From a bacterium (GTDB lineage Bacteria; Bacteroidota; Ignavibacteria; UBA10030): DNA of 64,000 bases. Below, piece by piece: positions 10,537 through 20,434 of this stretch. The stretch is taken from assembly GCA_043803945.1 (NCBI GenBank), contig JAZDJN010000087.1:256001-320000 (forward strand). The letters are read 5' to 3'. Below the pieces are notes generated by a model. It was given only the letters and a program-made list of their open reading frames with translations. It made no database searches and was not told the origin of the DNA. The translations under genes were made by a program, and so were the position numbers. Every line of letters starts with the position of its first letter. Positions within the stretch are counted from its first letter, which is position 1.

Positions 10537-11600
10537 ACGCTGTTCCTCTGGATTCTCTGATTGATTTGTTCATCCCCATCCAGAATTTCGATTTCAAGGT
10601 AGAACTCCCGTTTCTCCGCCGGCGATAAGATCTGCAGTGTTCCCCGCTCGCGTTCAATTGTCCGTCCCTCGACACCACAGTTTGCAGGTTCTATGCCGAG
10701 AACGTACATCCCCTCGCCCATCATTTTCCATTGCACGAGATTCGGCAATTCACGCTTTCGATACCGCAGGAGCAATCCGAGGTTACGATGGGGATTATGC
10801 AGCAAGACCGATGCACATCCATCGGCATCGGACAGGACATCATGATAGAACACCTGCTCCCGATATCCACCTTGGGGTGCAAGCATCTTCTTCGCCATAT
10901 CAAGACCCGGAGCGGCTTGTGCATCACGGGGCCGGCTTGAATTTGCACGGAAGATCAATTCAGCATCTTCCTCAAGGAGCGGCCAGCCGATATTGATATG
11001 ATAGAGCATCATCAATGGCACCGGGCCTGTTCCTTCGTTCACAACACTATCCAACAGCTTAATCCGGGATTTCCCCAACTCTGTTTCAATTGTACGGCAG
11101 AGCAGGAGATTTTCACCAAAGAGGTTTGACTCCCGCACAGATCCCGATACACTCATGATACACTGATCGCCATTCCATGTCGTTGTCGTTCCAACATGCT
11201 GGGCGGGAATATTCGAGAGCCTGCCATGTAAACCCAATTGTCTTCCATCATCGACACATGGAGAGCCAACGTACGTCATTCCGCACCCAGTCATCAATCC
11301 GCCAGCAAATGAACGGACCCAGTTCATACCGCTCTCATCGAAATACGCCGGATGAACATCGCCCTGTGATGATCGCCATGTCAGCGGGATTCCGCGGTAT
11401 TCGGCCTGGGAGATATCCATTCCTCGGTCAAGCGTTACCTGGAATCGAAGCCCCGAACCCGTCCGTACGTCTGCGATTCGTACACCGGCCTCAGTGCCGT
11501 CCTGCAGCGTCATCAGGCGGATGCCGCCAAGTTGACTGAGATCACCTAGGCGTTGTGTGAGTTCCTGTCTGGTATATTCCTGACCAAAGATCCTAGCCAT
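10533..11600 (-). CDS. Aldose 1-epimerase family protein (DUF4432)
   Basis: LDRGMDI, GLHGR, LYHINIGWPLL, VLGIEP. Confidence 0.8.
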   Translation of the reverse strand: MARIFGQEYTRQELTQRLGDLSQLGGIRLMTLQDGTEAGVRIADVRTGSGLRFQVTLDRGMDISQAEYRGIPLTWRSSQGDVHPAYFDESGMNWVRSFAGGLMTGCGMTYVGSPCVDDGRQLGLHGRLSNIPAQHVGTTTTWNGDQCIMSVSGSVRESNLFGENLLLCRTIETELGKSRIKLLDSVVNEGTGPVPLMMLYHINIGWPLLEEDAELIFRANSSRPRDAQAAPGLDMAKKMLAPQGGYREQVFYHDVLSDADGCASVLLHNPHRNLGLLLRYRKRELPNLVQWKMMGEGMYVLGIEPANCGVEGRTIERERGTLQILSPAEKREFYLEIEILDGDEQINQRIQRNSV

Positions 11601-11625
11601 GAAAACTGGTACTTCCCCTCTTCAA

Positions 11626-13083
11626 TTAGTGTTTTTCTAGCGCTGGAGTAGCTAATTCGATTTTTTCCTGGAGGCTTTCTTTAAATATTTTTGCATAGAT
11701 CGGGTCCCGGGGCACGCAGCCTGCAGGATATTGTCCCATCTCATTATGTTTGGAGCGCATCAGGTTTGTGCAATGACTGACGGCAATGCACACTTTCGAT
11801 GAATTCATTTTCCCCGTTGCAATGATATCTTTCGCATAATCGGGATACGCAATTGCACCGCGTCCTACGGCAACAATTCCGACACGGCCGCGGCGAATAT
11901 TCGATTCACCGGCATACGCAAGGTACTGCCGAAGCCAACTATAGCCCGTTCCAACCGTCACCACATCAGGATACGCTTTTTGGATTTGCTCGGTGATACG
12001 GAAATGACGATCAATGCCGAGCAACGGGTGTTCGGGTGTTGTATAACCGTCCATTGGAGCATGTTCAAACGGCCGCCCGAGGTGCATTGCATAGTACGGG
12101 CTTCCCATGGAAACGTTGATCAGGAGGACCCCATATTCTCTCATTATTCCCACGAGCTGAATCGGTTCGGCGAGATCTTCCAGCAATGGATTGTTTCGAT
12201 CAATGCCAAAATTGTATGGATACGGCAATGGATAAGCAATAGGTTTGCCTGCACCCGTAACCGGATCTTTTTCGTGCGGAATGCCGTCGTACGTATTAAT
12301 ACGAGAGGCTAGAATGAAGGCGCTGCCAACTTCATTGCGGGCTTTCCCAAGAACATTGCGGATGAAGCGGGTACGGTTTTCGAAGCTCCCTCCGTACTTC
12401 CCTTCGCGCGTACGGGCTCCCAACAATTCATTTAGGAGATAGGTGTGGCATTGTTTGATATCCACAAAATCGAAACCCATCTTTTGAACTTTGACAATCG
12501 CCTCGACGAAGAGGTCTTCCAACTTCTCCAACTCGTCGTCAGAAATAACCGGGTAGTCGGGCGGGATTGGGATTTTTTTCTTCCTATCAATATAAGTAAC
12601 ACAATCGACCTGAGGATGATGATACGCTATAATTGGTTTTCGGTAGCTATAGCGGCCCGAGTGGGTAAGCTGCAATCCAATGAGAAGATCACTGTCGGTG
12701 CTAAATTCATCTCGATGTGCACAACGAGAACGGCTCAGCAGCGCCTCGATTGACGACATATTTTCTTCATTCAGCAACAGCTGCCGCGAATTTGCCAGTC
12801 CTTCGGGGAGAATAGCCGTTGCTTCACCCCAGATAAGCTTTGCACCGCCCCTGCCAAATCGCTCCCAGCGACGGAACGTCAGTTCGTCCGGCTGTCCGTC
12901 AAGTGTACAATCGCACCCCTCCATCGGGTGAATACCGATCGCGTTACCGATGGTCCGATCGCCAAGTTTCACCGGCCTGGTGATCGATTCGAGCTTCTCT
13001 TCAAACGTGATGTCGACGCCAAGCCGTTCACACTCCTTGCGCAGATCATCGAGTGATTTATATGAATAGTATTTTTCCGACAA
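11626..13083 (-). CDS. NADH:flavin oxidoreductase / old yellow enzyme family
   Basis: HPMEGCD, GGAKLIWGEA, QLTHSGR, DIKQCHTYLL, YGGSFENRTRF; TTG start. Confidence 0.85.
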   Translation of the reverse strand: MSEKYYSYKSLDDLRKECERLGVDITFEEKLESITRPVKLGDRTIGNAIGIHPMEGCDCTLDGQPDELTFRRWERFGRGGAKLIWGEATAILPEGLANSRQLLLNEENMSSIEALLSRSRCAHRDEFSTDSDLLIGLQLTHSGRYSYRKPIIAYHHPQVDCVTYIDRKKKIPIPPDYPVISDDELEKLEDLFVEAIVKVQKMGFDFVDIKQCHTYLLNELLGARTREGKYGGSFENRTRFIRNVLGKARNEVGSAFILASRINTYDGIPHEKDPVTGAGKPIAYPLPYPYNFGIDRNNPLLEDLAEPIQLVGIMREYGVLLINVSMGSPYYAMHLGRPFEHAPMDGYTTPEHPLLGIDRHFRITEQIQKAYPDVVTVGTGYSWLRQYLAYAGESNIRRGRVGIVAVGRGAIAYPDYAKDIIATGKMNSSKVCIAVSHCTNLMRSKHNEMGQYPAGCVPRDPIYAKIFKESLQEKIELATPALEKH

Positions 13084-13109
13084 GGGGCCTCTGCAAGATG
13101 ATGGGAACG

Positions 13110-15299
13110 CTAACTGTGTATTTCTATTGAGAGATTCCGTTTCGGCAAAGGAAGAACTATCGCACCATCCTTGAACAAAACTGCTTTACCGTTAACGAAT
13201 GCTGTCTTCTCATTCTTCGCTCTCCGGATATCGATGTTAACCTCCCGGCCATGGACAATTACTTTTGCGCGGGCTTCCTGCATGCCGCTCAGGAGCCTCG
13301 GACGAATCATAAGATTCTTCGGATTGGGCCGGACACCGAGAAGATGATGAACAAAAAACATCACCAGTTCTGCCCATGTCCATACGACAATACCCAACGG
13401 AGGCAACGGCGGCGTGGGGCGTTCAACGAAACACTCCAGCCACGACCCTGCCTTCCCTCCCGGTACCTCGAGAAGCCAGTTTAAGGCACGCCACACTTTT
13501 TCATCGTTGTTGGCTTCGAAGTACGACCGTGCCATAAACACCGTGGCAAATGGCCACGGCCCCGGAGAATCGGGCTCAGAGGTGATATTGTACCGCGCGT
13601 ACCCTCCCATCGTCCACCGCTGATTCCAGAGAAACTCCATCGATTCCAAAGTCTTATTGCCGAGCGGGCTTTTTGCATCGACAACATCATACATCAGCGG
13701 CAAGACACTCGCTGAGTCGGGATCAGTGTAAGAGACCTGCTCAATATTAAGCGGCACACCCGGCGGCATGGACTTGCGGTTGGGCGGTTCAAACGTACGC
13801 TGGACTTCGCCATTCAACAAACGGCGTTTGATCAGCTTTCCGTCATCGACGAAGGACAACGTCGGATGGTAAAGGAAAGATTGTTTCATGCGCTCGGATG
13901 CTTGTACCCATCGCCGGGCGGACTCTGGTTCACCCATATGAACCGCCATCTCAGCGGCAAGTTTCCAGCCGATGATATTCCATGTTTGATAGGCAAGCTC
14001 ATATCCTTCCTTCACCCCAAAACCGGGATCGCGTTCCCAATACTCACGCGAGTTCTTCACCATACCGGTAGCGGGATCGAGGAATTCAGGCTTCAGCGGA
14101 TAATTGGCAACTGCTTTGATCTTCGGCCAGTGCAATTTGATCATCGAATCGTCGCCCGACCAAACCCAGTGTGTCCACAGTGCATAGAGTAACTCGCCGT
14201 TCTGGTCGAGCTCTATTGTTTGGGGTGGTCGATGACGGCTTGCATCGATCGCTCTGCCGCTCTCGTCAACAGAACGAGCCAGCATGCGCTGCAGTGACGG
14301 TTCAACGATGTCGTGATGTCCCGCAAGAACGCTTCCCACAACGATCATACTATGATCACGGACCCATTCAAGGTTGTATTGCCAGATGCCCGCATCCATC
14401 TTGCCGGAATTGGCAACGGCGGTGCGCAGTCCTGTTCGCGAGACTGCAAAGAGGTGATTGAGGTTTGTATTATCCGAGTCGAAGCGTGCCCGTTGTTCCC
14501 AGTAGAGCCGTGCTTCCTTCCGCAACCGAGCAAACCCTTTCTTTTCCAGTTTCTCCCGGGCAAGATTGAGCGTCAGTACAATCGTCGCCGATTTCGATGC
14601 ACCGGCAGCAAGCTCTCCAAAGCCAACGCTCAGATGGCGATCGCCGACCATCGTTGCCTGCGGAGAGAACATGCGAAGCGTTTGGTAGCCTGAAGCGGTC
14701 AGCATCAGATTCTCTCTGTCGACATGATATTCATCAAAATACATCAGGTTCGGATAGAGAAGAATTGTTCCAACCGGAGTGGCCGGGGCCGAGCCGGTGT
14801 TCGTCACTGTAACCGTTCGCAGCACGGCCGCATCATTGACCGGGCATATCAACTCTTCCCGGACAGAGCACGATCCTGCTTTCCACTCGATGACAATGGT
14901 TGGAATATTCTCCGAATATTCCCAGTGCATCTTCGCTAGGCCATGATCCGGAGCATATCCTTTCCCTTCGACGGCCAGCGTAAAGCGCGAATTCTGCAAT
15001 CCCCGCTCGGGGTGATAGAGATACGTGCTCATCTTTCGGCAGAAGTGCTCCGCCGACCAGAGCAGGAGCCCGCAATGCGTGCCATGATCTGGCTTTGGAG
15101 AACTCTGGAGAGCCATGATGAGTTCACCATTTCCCAGCATGAAGTATTCAAGGTCAAGAATGTTCGAGAGATAGTCCTGATGGATTTTTTGCTCGGGCCC
15201 TGACTGCGGATCGGCATCAGTGCTGAGTGACGGCCGGATCGTTGCAGCAACTGCACCCGCACCAAGGTACTTGATAAAATCTCTTCGTTCGACGTTCAT
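13110..15299 (-). CDS. Tat-exported six-hairpin glycosidase (GH15-like)
   Basis: ERRDFIK Tat motif; QYNLEWVRD, ELDQNG, REYWER, GYARY, PGPWPF; paralog of 28966..31248. Confidence 0.65.
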   Translation of the reverse strand: MNVERRDFIKYLGAGAVAATIRPSLSTDADPQSGPEQKIHQDYLSNILDLEYFMLGNGELIMALQSSPKPDHGTHCGLLLWSAEHFCRKMSTYLYHPERGLQNSRFTLAVEGKGYAPDHGLAKMHWEYSENIPTIVIEWKAGSCSVREELICPVNDAAVLRTVTVTNTGSAPATPVGTILLYPNLMYFDEYHVDRENLMLTASGYQTLRMFSPQATMVGDRHLSVGFGELAAGASKSATIVLTLNLAREKLEKKGFARLRKEARLYWEQRARFDSDNTNLNHLFAVSRTGLRTAVANSGKMDAGIWQYNLEWVRDHSMIVVGSVLAGHHDIVEPSLQRMLARSVDESGRAIDASRHRPPQTIELDQNGELLYALWTHWVWSGDDSMIKLHWPKIKAVANYPLKPEFLDPATGMVKNSREYWERDPGFGVKEGYELAYQTWNIIGWKLAAEMAVHMGEPESARRWVQASERMKQSFLYHPTLSFVDDGKLIKRRLLNGEVQRTFEPPNRKSMPPGVPLNIEQVSYTDPDSASVLPLMYDVVDAKSPLGNKTLESMEFLWNQRWTMGGYARYNITSEPDSPGPWPFATVFMARSYFEANNDEKVWRALNWLLEVPGGKAGSWLECFVERPTPPLPPLGIVVWTWAELVMFFVHHLLGVRPNPKNLMIRPRLLSGMQEARAKVIVHGREVNIDIRRAKNEKTAFVNGKAVLFKDGAIVLPLPKRNLSIEIHS

Positions 15300-15317
15300 A
15301 GTGATTATGAAAGAAGT

Positions 15318-16121
15318 TTATTGTTCGTTCATATAGCGCTGCAGTGTGTTAACGTTTCGTTTCGAATTCTCGATGAGTGGAAGGCAGTGCGTTTCCAGTG
15401 TCACATGCTGAACCACCCGATCGCGTATCAGCGCCTGGATTTGTCCCTTCCAATCAATGGCCCCTTCCCCAACGGGAACACATTGAATCAATGATCCTTT
15501 CAATGTGTCTTTGACATGAACATTTCCGATGTACGGTTTGAGTGCTTCATAGCCATCCGGATAGGGTTGTTCGCTAGTGCCAAAGCCATTACATGGATCC
15601 CAGTTTGCACGAAAGGCTTTGGATCCTACGGCTTGAATCAGCTTTGCGGTGTTGACACCGGAATCGCACCAGAAGCCGGGCTCGTTCTCGACAAGGAGGG
15701 TGAAGCCTTCCTGTTCCGCTTGTTGTGCGGCACGACGAAGCAGCCTTACGGCTTTATTAAAGTTTGAATCCGGTTCTCCTTGCTCGCGCTGGAATCCAAA
15801 CACGATCACCATGGACGCACCAAGAAATTTTGCCATAGTGAATGTTTGTGGAAGCGTTTGTGTGAGCTCGGCCTCCAGCTCGTTGTGCTTTGAAAGCTGG
15901 TGCTTGAAAATTCCTGGTGAGAGAGCGGAGATGCGGATCCGATACTGTTGGACAAGATCGAGAACTTTATTCAGTTCCGATTCTTCAATGTGGGGCACAC
16001 GTCCTGTTTTCAAAACCCTCAATTCATAGATCCGGATTCCCCAGCTTGTCCCATGGCGTACCGCTTCCGCAAAGTCGCTGGAAATCTCATCGCTGACGAT
16101 ACCGAGAGAAAGGCTCTCCAT
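15318..16121 (-). CDS. Sugar phosphate isomerase/epimerase (AP endonuclease 2 TIM barrel)
   Basis: VENE, NWDPCN, HVKD, GEGAIDW, LETH metal-binding pattern. Confidence 0.8.
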   Translation of the reverse strand: MESLSLGIVSDEISSDFAEAVRHGTSWGIRIYELRVLKTGRVPHIEESELNKVLDLVQQYRIRISALSPGIFKHQLSKHNELEAELTQTLPQTFTMAKFLGASMVIVFGFQREQGEPDSNFNKAVRLLRRAAQQAEQEGFTLLVENEPGFWCDSGVNTAKLIQAVGSKAFRANWDPCNGFGTSEQPYPDGYEALKPYIGNVHVKDTLKGSLIQCVPVGEGAIDWKGQIQALIRDRVVQHVTLETHCLPLIENSKRNVNTLQRYMNEQ

Positions 16122-16123
16122 AC

Positions 16124-16903
16124 TTAAAGTTCTCCTGCATACCCGATACGTTTGGAAATCAACACGGCGTCGCGTTTCAGCACCACGACGAGGTCGGGAA
16201 TGATCTCTTTATTCCGGTTTACCCGGTCTGAGGGCAGTGCTGTCATGAGCGAGGCAGAAATTTTACCGGAGTGATCCCGAATGGGAACCGCAACAGCGCA
16301 GAGGTCAGCTTTGAATTCTGCATCGGCAACGGCATACCCCTGCAGCCGCACTTCCTCAAGACGCTTCTTCAGTTTCTGCATCGAGGTTACGGTTTTTGAT
16401 GTGTAGCGTTTTAATCCCTGCTGATCTGCCAGGCCCGCGAGCTCTTCTTCAGTATATTCCGACACCATAACCAGGCCTGTGGCAGTACAGTGAAAGGGCG
16501 AACGGTGCCCGAGCCTCGTGACCATTTTCCACACTTCCGGAGTATCGACATGATCAATAAGGATCACCTCGTTATGATCGAGGATGGCAAGATAGAAGCT
16601 CTCCCGTGTTTCATGGGCAAGGTTAAGCAGATGGGGATGAGCGATTGTCTTTAAATCGATTTTGGAAAGCGCCGCATTTCCCCATTCGAGCAATTTCATG
16701 CCGAGTGTAAACATCTTTCGCTCAGAGTCTTCGATAATGATAGAGTTCTGATGCAGTGTATACAAAATGCGGAACATGGTACTTTTGGGTACTTTGGTCT
16801 GCGATGCGAGCTGGGCCAGCGACATTCCCTGGGGAGCGTTGGCTAATAATTCCAGTACACGGATTGCGCGATCAAGGGCGGGGACAGTATAGTTGAGTGT
16901 CAT
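16124..16903 (-). CDS. IclR family transcriptional regulator
   Basis: VPALDRAIRVLELL N-terminal HTH; HCTATG; VRLQGYAV; CAVAVPI. Confidence 0.92.
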   Translation of the reverse strand: MTLNYTVPALDRAIRVLELLANAPQGMSLAQLASQTKVPKSTMFRILYTLHQNSIIIEDSERKMFTLGMKLLEWGNAALSKIDLKTIAHPHLLNLAHETRESFYLAILDHNEVILIDHVDTPEVWKMVTRLGHRSPFHCTATGLVMVSEYTEEELAGLADQQGLKRYTSKTVTSMQKLKKRLEEVRLQGYAVADAEFKADLCAVAVPIRDHSGKISASLMTALPSDRVNRNKEIIPDLVVVLKRDAVLISKRIGYAGEL

Positions 16904-16947
16904 TGTTATTTTGCTAATTGAATGGTGTTTAATTAATGTACGAAATT

Positions 16948-16976
16948 AGTATAAGAGAATTCTCACTATTTGTCAA
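16948..16976 (-). promoter_or_regulatory. Sigma70-type promoter upstream of iclR
   Basis: Minus strand TTGACA (16976-16971), 17-nt spacer, TATACT (16953-16948). Confidence 0.75.
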
Positions 16977-16980
16977 GAAA

Positions 16981-17859
16981 TCATTTGCCGGTGGATGTCG
17001 CTTCAGGTTCAACGTTTAGGATATTCGCCACCACCCGCTCCAGAAATTGGCGGCTCTCCTGAGCTGTCTGCTCGGTTGTATCTTCCAACACAATGCTGAT
17101 GCCCGGCTTTTGTTCAACGGCAAATTGCATCACCAGATCGTGCCGCAGCATTCCAAGACCTGCCCGTGTAAATTTGAATCGGCCGTTCTCGATGACGAAA
17201 TCTTTCGCATGAATGATCGCAATCCGCTCGCCGAAGAGTTCCAGCGATTCGCCGATAATCCTCTCCTGCTCGCGATAATTGTCGAGCGATAGCAGGTTCA
17301 CGGGATCGAAGACAACCTGCAGATTATTTGATGCGACGCTCTCCAGCATTCGCCTCATTTTCTGTGGTGTCGACAAGACGTGCGATGCGACCTGCTCGAT
17401 GCCGACAATGACGCTGAATCGTTCAGCCTCCGCGACAAGCTCTGCAATGCTCACAATCGATTGGTGAAAAGCGAAATCGCTGTGATTCTCGGGATGCGGT
17501 GAGTAGTCGGCGCTGACAGAGCCGGTTTCAAGCGCAACGAGTCCATTGCCAAAATCGCGAGCATAGCTGAACAGTGTGAGAAGTAACTGTCGCATCCCGG
17601 GATCAGGGTGAATTGGATTCACGTAACAGCCGAGCACAGCGATTTGGACACCACCTCTGTGAAAGGCCTGCCCGATTTCATGCGCAAGACCGGGGTTTAA
17701 GACGCCGGGTTTTACCGTGAGCCGGGTGATGGCCTTGCTAAGCGCAAGTTGTGTACAGTTGAAGTGTTGCGCAGAAATTTTTTCGGCGAACTCACCAGCT
17801 GACAGGCAGCCGAAATCGTGAGCACGAATGCCGATGCGAATAGGGAACGGTGAAATCAA
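16981..17859 (-). CDS. Sugar phosphate isomerase/epimerase (AP endonuclease 2 TIM barrel)
   Basis: IGIRAHDFG, LGCYVNPIHPD, ETGS, FDPVNLL, HAKDF; TTG start with GAGG upstream. Confidence 0.8.
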   Translation of the reverse strand: MISPFPIRIGIRAHDFGCLSAGEFAEKISAQHFNCTQLALSKAITRLTVKPGVLNPGLAHEIGQAFHRGGVQIAVLGCYVNPIHPDPGMRQLLLTLFSYARDFGNGLVALETGSVSADYSPHPENHSDFAFHQSIVSIAELVAEAERFSVIVGIEQVASHVLSTPQKMRRMLESVASNNLQVVFDPVNLLSLDNYREQERIIGESLELFGERIAIIHAKDFVIENGRFKFTRAGLGMLRHDLVMQFAVEQKPGISIVLEDTTEQTAQESRQFLERVVANILNVEPEATSTGK

Positions 17860-18003
17860 ATCGTCGCCTCTATCTTTCCATCTGTGAAAGCGAATGCGTC
17901 AATCATTCCGGCCATTGCTTTTGCATTCATGGTCGGAGCGATGACCGGAATTGTGATCTGCTCTCCTGCAACAACTGCCATTCCTTAAAAGGACTCTTGT
18001 TGT

Positions 18004-19077
18004 TCATCGGGTTTGAAAGAGGTATTCGCTCAACATCAGAAGCGTCAACCCCTGACCATAAAGCGTCGGATAGCGAGTCAATTTGCCGTAGGCATCAATT
18101 GTCGGCATGATCGGCGTACCTCCTGATACGCCTTCCACTGCACCTTCAGGAGTGATCATCGTAATCACTCCCTCTATCGCTTTGTGAGCATTTGCCATGG
18201 TGGCGGGTTCCAGCATCTGGAGGCGTACCGCTTTCATAATACCTCCTGCATTGCCTGCGCTACCGGATGTCTCCTGATAAAAATCAGGTCTGTCCATCAC
18301 GGTGTGCCACAGTCCATTGTCTGCCTGGTATTTTAAAAGACCCTCCACCAGTCTTTTATATCTGGCATTGATTTCTTTCGGCACTTCAACCAGATCACCG
18401 ATCGTCTCAATGATGATGGGAGCGCCAATCACCACCCATGAATTTCCTCTCGTCCAGAGCGCCCCCGACATATGATGATGTTCCACAGCATGATAACCGT
18501 GATAAAGAATTCCGGTTTTCTCATCCTGTAAAAGCTGCAAATGGGAAAGCAGCTGCTTGATAACTTCACCAGCCATGTTGATATTTGCCGTGAGCTTTGC
18601 CGTACGCGATAAAAAAACCAACGCCATAAATACTGTATCAGCCCACACCTCTCCCGACACTGACGCTCCGTGATAGAATACACCATCCGTGGACCTTCCG
18701 GCATTTGCCAGTACCCAGTCAGCATACTCAACTGCTATTTCCCTATAGTACGGTTCCCTGGTTCTCACATACATATCCGGATAAATGGCCAGCGGTGCCA
18801 GGTGGTTTACCTGGTCTTTCTTCGCACACTGGTACTTGTTCCTGGCAATCCAGGTTTTCAAGAATTCCAATATTTCGGGATTTTGCGTCCTTTGATAGAA
18901 GTCGGAAATCGCAATCAGGCCTACTCCTGCGTTCCAGTCCCAATCATCAATATCCATCCCCCAACTGGCTGGATCATGGTCTACCTCATGAGCAGTTTCC
19001 CGTTTTAATCCCGCGGTTCCCCTCTTCATGTATTCATAAACTCTCATTGCTTTTTCTTGCGCAAATACTGCATTCAT
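18004..19077 (-). CDS. Unsaturated glycuronyl hydrolase, GH105/GH88 family
   Basis: WDWNAG, VWADTVFM, LYHGY, WTRGNSW, GLWHTV, ETSGSA, YGQG; start reset to ATG 19077 after AAAGGAG. Confidence 0.85.
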   Translation of the reverse strand: MNAVFAQEKAMRVYEYMKRGTAGLKRETAHEVDHDPASWGMDIDDWDWNAGVGLIAISDFYQRTQNPEILEFLKTWIARNKYQCAKKDQVNHLAPLAIYPDMYVRTREPYYREIAVEYADWVLANAGRSTDGVFYHGASVSGEVWADTVFMALVFLSRTAKLTANINMAGEVIKQLLSHLQLLQDEKTGILYHGYHAVEHHHMSGALWTRGNSWVVIGAPIIIETIGDLVEVPKEINARYKRLVEGLLKYQADNGLWHTVMDRPDFYQETSGSAGNAGGIMKAVRLQMLEPATMANAHKAIEGVITMITPEGAVEGVSGGTPIMPTIDAYGKLTRYPTLYGQGLTLLMLSEYLFQTR

Positions 19078-19153
19078 TTCATTTGCTCCTTTTCTACACA
19101 TTCTGGCTGCTGCACGATATGGATCTGAACAACCGCTGTTCGATGACAATGAC

Positions 19154-20434
19154 TTACTGTGTCTCGTTCTCCAGGTTAACCAGTGTATAAGGGCCCTTTG
19201 GAATTACAGCAACCCGGGCGCCAGCACCAAGGGCTTGAAATCCGCGTTGAAGAGCTTCCTCTACTGTGGCGGCTGATAAGATAAATAGCTTTCCAAGATT
19301 CTCGGGTGATATTCCAGTGGAAACAAGGATAACTTCCGCATGACGTACCACCTTCGCGCATTCCTCCAACTGCCACTGATCGACAACAACCGGATTGGCC
19401 ATCATCCACGACCGAAATTCGTCGGCAGTGGAATACTTAATCGCCATCGCTGTGAACTCGGGGCTTCCGAGTCCTTCGGCACATTCAGCGGCAAGAATGA
19501 TCATGCCGCCCTTCTTGACTGCCGGGAGCGATGCTGTCAATCCTTTAATAGCTTGATAGTAGGTGAGATCCAATGGGTAACCGGCACTTGTGGTGATTAC
19601 AATGTCTGCCGGTTTGTTGACTGAAGCAGCAACCATTGTTCGAACAGCCCGAATTCCTGTTTCATGGGCATGTTCCGGGTGGCCTGCAAAGATACCGGTG
19701 ATCTGACCGTTGGGATTTAACGATACGTTGACAATAAAATCGTGCCCTGCCATCCGTGCAATTTCCAGCAATTCGTGATGCAAGGGATTGTTGTCGATGG
19801 AGCCTTCGCGGCAGTCCGGATGTTCAAGAATGCCCGGGGCATGGAGCGCTTTAATCGTCTCTTCACCCGCACAGCCGGGAGCAATCAATTTGCAGCCGCC
19901 GGAAAATCCCGCCATCAAATGAGGCTCGATGAAGCCAAGTGTGATTTTCAGTCCGGCTGAACAATAGCGCTTATCGATAAAGACCGGTGTCCCGCGTTTT
20001 GTTTTCCCAAAATAGTGCTGCTCTTCGGCGACACGGGCCTTATGGCTGATGATAGTGTACTCACGAGCGATCTCTGACCCAACCATTGTTTCAATTTCTT
20101 CCAGAGTACTTGGCCTGTGCAATCCTGTGGCAATGAGGATTGTGATGGCTGATCGATCTATTCCATTCTTCTTGAGGATTTCCAGAATAGGCGGCAGGAG
20201 AATCCTGTTTGGCACCGGACGGGTAATATCGCAGATAACGATCACCGCTGATCGTTTTCCCGCAGACAATTCTCGAAGCGATGAGGAATCAATTGGACCA
20301 TCAAGCGCTGTACGCACAGTCTCTTCCGGATTTTGGACCGGCGATGCGGCGCCATGAGAAAGAATTTTGAGGAGATTGTTTTCTGGAACCTCTACCTCGA
20401 GTCCATTTTTTCCATAAGCGAGGTGGATCTTCAT
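19154..20434 (-). CDS. larA: LarA family nickel-pincer-dependent 2-hydroxyacid racemase/epimerase
   Basis: DITRPVPN, IATGLHR, EPHLMAGFSGGCK, GYPLDLTYYQAIKG; substrate not established. Confidence 0.85.
   Translation of the reverse strand: MKIHLAYGKNGLEVEVPENNLLKILSHGAASPVQNPEETVRTALDGPIDSSSLRELSAGKRSAVIVICDITRPVPNRILLPPILEILKKNGIDRSAITILIATGLHRPSTLEEIETMVGSEIAREYTIISHKARVAEEQHYFGKTKRGTPVFIDKRYCSAGLKITLGFIEPHLMAGFSGGCKLIAPGCAGEETIKALHAPGILEHPDCREGSIDNNPLHHELLEIARMAGHDFIVNVSLNPNGQITGIFAGHPEHAHETGIRAVRTMVAASVNKPADIVITTSAGYPLDLTYYQAIKGLTASLPAVKKGGMIILAAECAEGLGSPEFTAMAIKYSTADEFRSWMMANPVVVDQWQLEECAKVVRHAEVILVSTGISPENLGKLFILSAATVEEALQRGFQALGAGARVAVIPKGPYTLVNLENETQ

Noticed and set aside
17856-17981. 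41-codon minus-strand ORF (MAVVAGEQITIPV...) between GH105 and the isomerase
   Set aside because: Short, no motif; cannot distinguish from chance or a gene remnant.
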